DNA of 64,000 nucleotides from an uncultured bacterium (GTDB lineage Bacteria; Oederibacteriota; JAAXVQ01; JAUVAV01): NCBI GenBank assembly GCA_963710755.1, contig CAVQBK010000003.1, positions 576,001 to 640,000 of the forward strand, read 5' to 3'. Shown piece by piece: positions 57,528 to 64,000 of this stretch (position 1 is its first letter; each line of letters starts with the position of its first letter). The notes under the pieces were generated by a model. It saw only the letters and a program-made list of their open reading frames with translations, ran no database searches and was not told where the DNA came from. The position numbers and the translations under genes were made by a program.

Positions 57528-58841
57528 ATGAAACCGATTTTAAATGTGTGTATCATGCTCTTACTGGTGAACCGCATGATGAATGCTGCAGGATGAGCCG
57601 ACAGTACGGGAGCGAGTTCGGCGATGGTACTAAAACAAACCACCAGTCCCCGTGCCGAAGCGATCGCCGCTTATACAGCCCTGTCCGACGATGAGGCCGG
57701 GGCCGCAGGCTGGAACCCGGCCGGTTTATACAACGCTTATCGCCAGGACATGAGTGCCGCCTATTTCAGGGGGATCGTGGATGATGCTCTGGGTTCAATC
57801 ACCTATGCCCAGCCGTATGCTGAAGATTTCTCATTGGGCGCCCAATTGGTGTTCTACGATGGAGGACGCTTTGAGCTCAATACGCTCTCCGGAGAGAGCA
57901 GTCAAGTGAACGCGGAACAAGATCTGCTGGGCGTTTTGACGGGTGCCTATAAGCTGAAATGGTTGGCTCGGGATTGGTTGGTGGGGGTGAACCTGAAACT
58001 GATCTATTCCAGTTTACTGGACTCGGCTTCGGCGTTTTCCATAGGGTTTGATGTGGGTGTGATGTCTGAACTTAAGGAAATTAGCAATGGCTTATTCGCA
58101 GGTTTGGCGGTCAGGAATATGGGTATGCCTATGAAATATCTGGATGTTGCCGATCCCTTGCCCTTTGAATTTCGGGCCGGTCTTGCTTATAAAATATTAA
58201 AAGACAGCCATCATGATTTCTTGGTGGCAGGTGATTCAGCGTTGGGGCCGGATCATAATATCAGAGGATCGGTGGGCGCGGAATATTGGCAAGATAAGAC
58301 CGTGGCCCTGAGGGTAGGCTACAAGCTTGGTTACGACCTGGACTCGTTTACAGCCGGGGTTGGGTTGCGTATTCAAAATTTCCAACTGGATTATGCCTTT
58401 GGGTTGATGTCAGCCTTGAATTCCACGCATAAGCTTAGTCTGACGTACAGTCTGGCCACGGACGAAGTAAGAAAAGCGGACGTCTTGAATGCTTCGCCCG
58501 GCCTTGTGAGCACTCCCAAACCGACACCTAAACCAACACCCAAGCCAACCCCGGTTTCCACGATCGCCGCTCCGAAAGCAGTACCTACGCCGGTTCCTGT
58601 AGTGATGGCGGAGGTATTGGAGGTCGAAAAAACCGGTGATGTGACCAAAACGGTGATTTTGAACATAGGCAAAGACAAAGGCATCAGACCTGGTGCTGAA
58701 GGCACCATTTTAAATGCCAGTGGCATGACAATTGCCAAAATTAAGATTTCAGAAGTTTACCCCAGCCGCAGCCTGGCACGGGTGGTTGAATCCAGCGGGG
58801 ATATTCAAGGTTCCGATAAAGCAGAAATACTGAAGAAATAA
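57528..58841 (+). pseudogene. PorV/PorQ-family barrel (paralog of 32182..33504) with an in-frame TGA in the signal peptide
   Basis: GAGGAG RBS; MKPILNVCIMLLLVNRMMNAAG*ADSTGASSAMVLKQTTSPRAEA; TGA at 57594-57596; remainder intact and colinear with the paralog. Confidence 0.75.
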
Positions 58842-58912
58842 GGTCGAAACACTTCGCTCCACCATATTCACGGAAAACGTCATAATTACAATTGCAGGGA
58901 GGATTTTCACCA

Positions 58913-59575
58913 ATGCAACAGCAGATAGGCGTGATCACAGGAATCATTTTAGTTTCATTGATTGGGTTTCTAACACCGGTAAAAGCGGCGGGCAGCAAAC
59001 AAATAGCAGAAGTGGCAGTCCGCCCGCAGCCGATGATAAACACAATCGTTTACTAGGAGGTAACGCCCGCTGCGGGCACAGCAACAGTCTCGCCTACCGT
59101 TTCCTCCACACCAACTATTACGCCCACTCCTACGGTTACCGCAACCATTACCCCAACATCTACCATCACAACCACCGCAACGATCACGCTTACATTCACT
59201 ATAACCCCCACCTTTACCATATCGCCCACTATTACCGAAACATCCACCATCTCCCCAGCAAGCACCATTTCGTCCGCCAACGCGCCTGCGCAACTCAAAG
59301 CCTTCCCCAGTCGGATTAACCCGGTTCAAGGCGAGAGTGCCGGGATTCGTTGGCATCAACCTGAAGCGGGTCCCACCACCATAGAAATTTATGATATGCG
59401 GGGGGAATTTGTCAAAACCTTGGTGGATCATAAATTCCACGATAGTGGACGTGTGCAGGAAGTGCTTTGGCGCGGTGAAAGTGGGGCCGGGAACACCGTG
59501 GCCAGCGGGATTTATATTGTGTACATCCATGCCCCGCGATATGACGATCATATCAAGGTGGCGGTCATCAAATGA
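58913..59575 (+). pseudogene. Secreted Thr/Pro-rich protein with FlgD-Ig-type CTD, in-frame TAG at codon 48 (absent from ORF track)
   Basis: GGAGG RBS; MQQQIGVITGIILVSLIGFLTPVKA...TIVY*EVTP...(T/P-rich)...AFPSRINP..GE.A.IRW.Q...T.IEIYDMRGEFVKTL...W.G....G.TVASGIYIV.I...IKVAVIK*. Confidence 0.8.
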
Positions 59576-59594
59576 TCTTTGTTGTCACGGACAT

Positions 59595-59703
59595 GCTGAT
59601 CTACTAAGCAACCCGTATAATTTGGCATGAGGGAGCAGATCCAACCCTGCAAAGGTTAGGAAAAAATCAGCCTGGAGTGAGACTCGTTCCAGGCTGATTT
59701 TTT
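59595..59703 (+). repeat. Imperfect direct repeat copy 2 with terminator hairpin
   Basis: Matches 19123..19236, including a 34-nt identity at 59620-59653. Confidence 0.85.
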
Positions 59704-59879
59704 ATTAAAAAGTCCTTTCTCTTCAAAAATGATGTCGTTGCCCAAGTCCTGTTCGTCATCCCGTGATAGGCAGGATGGCCCAAAAAAGCCTTTAAGGCTG
59801 AATTTCCTGGATTCTGGTATGGTTTGCACCAAAACGGCGCCGGCTGATTAATATTGATAATAAAATTAAGGCAGGAAGA

Positions 59880-60062
59880 ATGAAAAGAGAACCTTCCTGG
59901 CCCAGAGCAAAATTGATGGTCCGTATTAATTCTTATCTGCGCGATCGGAATTACGGTAATATGGTGGATGGTGTTTACATCATGCGGATTACAGCCGGGT
60001 CAGCTGATGGTAAGATCGAAAGCGTTAAGATAACCATCGCCCTAATAAATAAGGATGAATAA
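59880..60062 (+). pseudogene. Probable remnant of a FlgD-Ig-type C-terminal domain
   Basis: RDRNYGNMVDGVYIMRITAG...KITIALI resembles the CTD ends of the window's secreted proteins. Confidence 0.45.
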
Positions 60063-60064
60063 TC

Positions 60065-60778
60065 ATGTCAATTGCCGATGCCCTAAGGAATTATTATCGC
60101 CGGTCAATGGTCGCTATCACGAATCAATTCCTAACCGGTCAAAATGAAATAGTCACCAATAATCAGGAACTGATAGAGATAGTCAAGACCGCAACCAGGA
60201 GTGATATCAGTGACCATTTGCCCACGCTATTTATTGAAGCCCTGACCACCAGAGGCCAAACCATGGTGGAATTGGGAACGCGCGGCGGTGAAAGTACCTT
60301 TGCTTTGGAAAAAGCAGCTAAAATAAAAGGCACTACTTTAGTCAGCGTGGATATTGAAGGATGTGACCATGAGCATAAATATGAAAACTGGATTTTTGTA
60401 AAAAAAGACGATCTGCTCTTTGCCAATGAGTTTGAAAAATGGTCCGAAGCCAACGGTCTTGATTCAAAAATAGATTTTTTATTTATCGACACCTCCCATG
60501 AATACGACCATACCAAAAAAGAGATCAAAAGCTGGTTCCCCTTATTAAACACCCACGCCAAAGTTGCCTTTCATGATACGAACATGAGTGAGCTATACAC
60601 ACGGGCCGATGGCAGCAAGGGCCTTGGTTGGCATAATGACCGCGGGGTTATCAGAGCAATTGAAGAGTACTTGAACGTTCGTTTCAATGAAAAAAAGAAT
60701 TTCCAAACCGTCATGGACGACTGGGTGGTGAGACATTGGCATAACTGCAATGGTCTGACGATTTTGGAGAAAATATGA
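60065..60778 (+). CDS. Class I SAM-dependent methyltransferase (Methyltransf_24-like)
   Basis: VELGTRGGEST, LVSVDI, IDFLFIDTSHEY, AFHDT. Confidence 0.85.
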   Translation: MSIADALRNYYRRSMVAITNQFLTGQNEIVTNNQELIEIVKTATRSDISDHLPTLFIEALTTRGQTMVELGTRGGESTFALEKAAKIKGTTLVSVDIEGCDHEHKYENWIFVKKDDLLFANEFEKWSEANGLDSKIDFLFIDTSHEYDHTKKEIKSWFPLLNTHAKVAFHDTNMSELYTRADGSKGLGWHNDRGVIRAIEEYLNVRFNEKKNFQTVMDDWVVRHWHNCNGLTILEKI

Positions 60779-60881
60779 TTATCAGCTGTGGTGACGATAA
60801 CAATTCAGCCATCGCCTGTCTTATAGCTCTTTAATTTTTTAAACCATCAAGCCGTACCTTATTAAAAATAAGGAGAGAATT

Positions 60882-61481
60882 ATGCTTAATCCAATCAAGC
60901 GTTTGGCTGTACTGCTGATTGTGATTCAAGGTCTGGCCGCAACAGCCATGGCCGATCGCCGTGATTTTGAGGAAACAGTTCCCATGGCCCTCAATGGTGC
61001 GGTGGTCGGCAGTTTTTTTGGATTTTATCAATACGGCATGAGCAAAAACATGAATCCCAAATTAATCGCGATCAGCACGGCTTATGGCCTGGCCTCGGGC
61101 GCGCTATTGGGGGCAGGTCTGGATGTCACGGAAATGCTCTCATACCGGGAAATTGCGGGAGGCAGAATCAGCGAGAGTGTTGTGCTGGGCGGCGTGGCAG
61201 GCGCCTTTTTCGGTTCTTTTTGCGCATTTATTCCCTATGCACTGGATGATGTCATGGAAAACAGGAATTTCTATCAAGCGTTTATCGGCGCCGGTGTGGG
61301 AGGCGTTATCGGGGCTTCTCTTTGGCTGACCGTGACCATGTTGACCGAGCCGCTGGTGGTCACACCTAAGGACAATCTGAAGATGAAAGTGGGCCTCATG
61401 CCTGAATTGGATTGGTTGAATGTCAAAAGAGGTGAACAGCCGCCCTTGTTTGCCTGTCGTTGTTTGGAAATTAATTTTTAA
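60882..61481 (+). CDS. Hypothetical membrane protein (glycine-zipper-like helices)
   Basis: Signal peptide and GxxxG-rich hydrophobic helices; good RBS. Confidence 0.6.
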   Translation: MLNPIKRLAVLLIVIQGLAATAMADRRDFEETVPMALNGAVVGSFFGFYQYGMSKNMNPKLIAISTAYGLASGALLGAGLDVTEMLSYREIAGGRISESVVLGGVAGAFFGSFCAFIPYALDDVMENRNFYQAFIGAGVGGVIGASLWLTVTMLTEPLVVTPKDNLKMKVGLMPELDWLNVKRGEQPPLFACRCLEINF

Positions 61482-61766
61482 GAGCCGCTTGTGAAAACGT
61501 CGTGCTTTAGATTTCCTTGACCCGATAAAATGTTCCTACCAAAGCATTTTCCATAAAGCCCTGCCAGCCACGATTTATCCTAATTCTTTATAGCTCTTTT
61601 AGTCATGGAGAAACTGGTGCCCGTCACCAAGAAAAATTTCGCGTCGTTCTGGCAAGGGTCTGTGCAGCCGGAGATGGGTAAACTCTATTCGGACACCTGG
61701 ATGACAGTTAGACACGTAATAGCTGGCACAAACTTTCGGGCAGAAATGGAAACCCGAAGGCATGAC

Positions 61767-61935
61767 ATGGAAATTCAAATCCGAAAATTATTAGATAATG
61801 ATATTGAGCAAATGGGCATACCGAAATGGCCGATCTGGGAAAAGGAACCAAGCCGGTTTGATGGGGGCTAGGATACCCAGGAACAATGCCCTTTTTTAGA
61901 GGGTGACGCCATAATTCAAATCCCGGACGACGCTA
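61767..61935 (+). pseudogene. Degenerate DUF861/Cupin_3 gene
   Basis: MEIQIRKL...MGIPKWPIWEKEPSRFDGG*DTQEQCPFLEGDAIIQIPD follows the cupin pattern WPIW.KE.S.F.W.YD..E.C.FLEG through a TAG; truncated at the TonB gene end. Confidence 0.55.
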
Positions 61936-64000
61936 AAAATGCAGGGCGTAATCCGCGCTCAAACGGTAAATACGCTTGCCGGACAGATAGTCATCGTGGA
62001 CTAGGTCATAGTCGCGGGCGTTTTCGAAAATGTTCAGCACGGCCAAAGTCACGTGCCAGTCTTTTGCATTGATACCCATGCTTACATCGTATTCCTTCAG
62101 CCAGGGAGCCTTGACGACACTCACGGCGCTCTCGTTCTGCCGTACCAGCTGGGGATAACGATCAGTGTGGGCATAAAAATTCAGGAAATAGATGTCCTGA
62201 TGCAGCCCGAGCATGGCGTTGATGATATCGACATCGCCTTCCGCCCAGGCCGCATGCTGGGGCTGGACCACGGCGTATAAATTTTCCCGGGTGTAATTCA
62301 ACGTCACATCCAAAAAGGGCAGGGGCTTTAACTTGGCTTCCAATTCCAGGCCGCGGCCGATACGGGAATTGGCGTTCGACCAGGAAATTTCGCCGGGCGC
62401 GGCATTAAGCTGGCTGGAATAGATCAGGCCGGGCCCAGTGAGCAGGGGACTGAGTTGGCTTAAATCGGTGGTGTATATATACAAGGGTGTGAAGTGCTGG
62501 TCAAATTGGATATCGTTTTCGGTGATCCAGTAAAAATAGCGGCCGGTTAACTCCGCCCAATTTTTGGGTTTGTAACTCAGGCTGGCCTCGCCCTGCTGAA
62601 TGCCTTCCGGCTGCAGGTCGCGATTTCCGAGTGCTTTGAAGAGGCCATAGCTCTCGTCCGTGAAGCGTTCCAGAAACGCGGGCGCCCGGTAGGCGCTGCC
62701 ATACATCAGCTTGGCCTGCAGGTTGGGAAGCGGATTGTAGATGGCGCTCAGCCGCGGGCTGAAATTACCCTTGTAGTCCGTGTTGTAGTCGTAGCGCGCG
62801 CCAGCCAGCAAGATCATGTTATCCAAAAGGTGGTATTCATCCTGCAGGAAAAAGGCGACATTTTGATCCGACTCGCTGCGATCATAAAAATAATTAAGCT
62901 GCGCCCAGTCCCAGGTAAAACTCAATCCGGCCAGCAGGTAATTGTTTTGGGGCCAACTTAGGTCATACTGGGCTTCAGCCAGGAATTCGTTCATAGGGCC
63001 GTCACCGATGGGAATGACCTGTCCGGCGGTGTCCAGATGCATGAGGCTGTTCATGTCGATATAATCACCACCCACGGCATTGGTGGCGAGTTGAGGAAGC
63101 CCTCCCTGGTCCGAGAAAATCAAGTTCGCGCCCGGCGGAAGATCGGCGACACTGTTGATGGCATGACGCTGGATATCATAGGCCGCCGACATTACCGTGC
63201 GGTTGCGGTAATAGGTGTCCTCCAGCCGCAAGCCCAGTTTGGAATTATCGTTGAGTTTCCAATTAACGTTGGTATCCGCGAACCATAGATCCTCCAGCCC
63301 GCGGTTGTCCGGGGTGGGTTCGGAAAAGGATCCGATCCAAGGTTCGGACATGCTTTCATAGCCGGTCCTCAAGCTCCAGATGTCCTCATAGGCAAGGTTG
63401 ATATGCGCCCGCTTGCCGTAATAGAGTTCATTGGTCCGGTCGATGTTGATCGGGTCAAGGCCGAACTCACGCCAATAGTCCGCGCTGACCACATAGTCCC
63501 AGGGGCCGGTTTTCTGGCCATAACTCAGGGAATACAACTGGCCTAGCTCTTTTTTTCCGGCCAGCAGCTGGTCCAGTTGGGATAGCTGCAGGTCGTCCAT
63601 TTGATTGCTTAGGCTGACTGTGGTGTGCAGGCCGTTCAACTCCTGACCGGTTTTGGTGATGATGTTGACCACCCCGGCATAGGCATTGGCGCCGTAGAGT
63701 GCGGAGCCGGGGCCTTTGATGATTTCAATCTGGCGAATATTGGTGAGCGGCAGGCTGTAATCCGGGGGGTAGTTGCCGAAATCCAGGAGGTTTAGCTTGC
63801 GCCCGTCAAGGAGCACCAAAATCTTGTTGTTGTTGTTGGACTCAATGCCCCGGAAGCGTATGGATGGCAGGACGCCCTCATTGGCAAGGGAAATGCCGCA
63901 GGTGTTGAGCAGAAGTTCCCGTAGAGTCAGGCTGCCTTTTTCACGAATCTCCTTTTCCGTGATGACCATGACGCTGCCCGGAACTTCCGACAGTTTTTCC
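61933..64000 (-). CDS. TonB-dependent receptor (partial, 5' end outside window)
   Basis: Plug motifs VIT..EI...G, ILVLLDGR, IEIIKGPGSALYGANAYAGVVNIITK; YRAP, GN.DL.PE; terminal F. Confidence 0.92.
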   Translation of the reverse strand, partial: EKLSEVPGSVMVITEKEIREKGSLTLRELLLNTCGISLANEGVLPSIRFRGIESNNNNKILVLLDGRKLNLLDFGNYPPDYSLPLTNIRQIEIIKGPGSALYGANAYAGVVNIITKTGQELNGLHTTVSLSNQMDDLQLSQLDQLLAGKKELGQLYSLSYGQKTGPWDYVVSADYWREFGLDPINIDRTNELYYGKRAHINLAYEDIWSLRTGYESMSEPWIGSFSEPTPDNRGLEDLWFADTNVNWKLNDNSKLGLRLEDTYYRNRTVMSAAYDIQRHAINSVADLPPGANLIFSDQGGLPQLATNAVGGDYIDMNSLMHLDTAGQVIPIGDGPMNEFLAEAQYDLSWPQNNYLLAGLSFTWDWAQLNYFYDRSESDQNVAFFLQDEYHLLDNMILLAGARYDYNTDYKGNFSPRLSAIYNPLPNLQAKLMYGSAYRAPAFLERFTDESYGLFKALGNRDLQPEGIQQGEASLSYKPKNWAELTGRYFYWITENDIQFDQHFTPLYIYTTDLSQLSPLLTGPGLIYSSQLNAAPGEISWSNANSRIGRGLELEAKLKPLPFLDVTLNYTRENLYAVVQPQHAAWAEGDVDIINAMLGLHQDIYFLNFYAHTDRYPQLVRQNESAVSVVKAPWLKEYDVSMGINAKDWHVTLAVLNIFENARDYDLVHDDYLSGKRIYRLSADYALHF

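Noticed and set aside
57528-61935. Alternative genetic code or Sec/Pyl recoding explaining in-frame TGA/TAG
   Set aside because: TGA and TAG act as true stops in many conserved genes here (e.g. 428, 8218, 19135, 51449); the positions are non-catalytic and no recoding machinery is visible

Overview
Bacterial (diderm; PorV-like barrels, a TonB receptor and FlgD-type C-terminal domains suggest an FCB-related or candidate-phylum organism, which is inference) 64 kb window. 1-19.1 kb is mostly housekeeping and regulatory: a KS fragment and fabG, cinA-thpR, a TPR-fused penicillin-binding protein, a two-component/sigma54/sigma28 (FliA plus FlgM-like) cassette with no flagellar genes, an HD protein, an SDR, two tandem YghO/CerS-like GNATs, tRNA-Met and MPG. 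About 19.4-59.6 kb is a divergently organised contractile injection system (eCIS-like) locus bracketed by ~110-bp imperfect direct repeats. The + arm has a sigma54-type promoter and encodes Pvc16, two sheaths, two tubes, a tail chaperone with an apparent -1 frameshift, DUF4157 proteins (one carrying a RelA/SpoT-like toxin domain followed by a small candidate immunity gene), tube initiator, hub, gp25, baseplate J, a PASTA-gpI fusion, a fibre-like protein and a stop-interrupted PorV-like/CTD-cargo pair. The - arm encodes FHA, VWA, a Ycf46-type AAA+ with DUF1257 and DUF2997, a second chaperone, a pentapeptide protein, a PorV-like barrel, two duplicated beta-propeller CTD proteins, a radical SAM protein, the gp5-like spike, PAAR, a LysM/PG-binding protein and a lipase-like effector. 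The right end has gene remnants, a methyltransferase and a partial TonB-dependent receptor. All family calls come from motif recognition by eye, not database searches.
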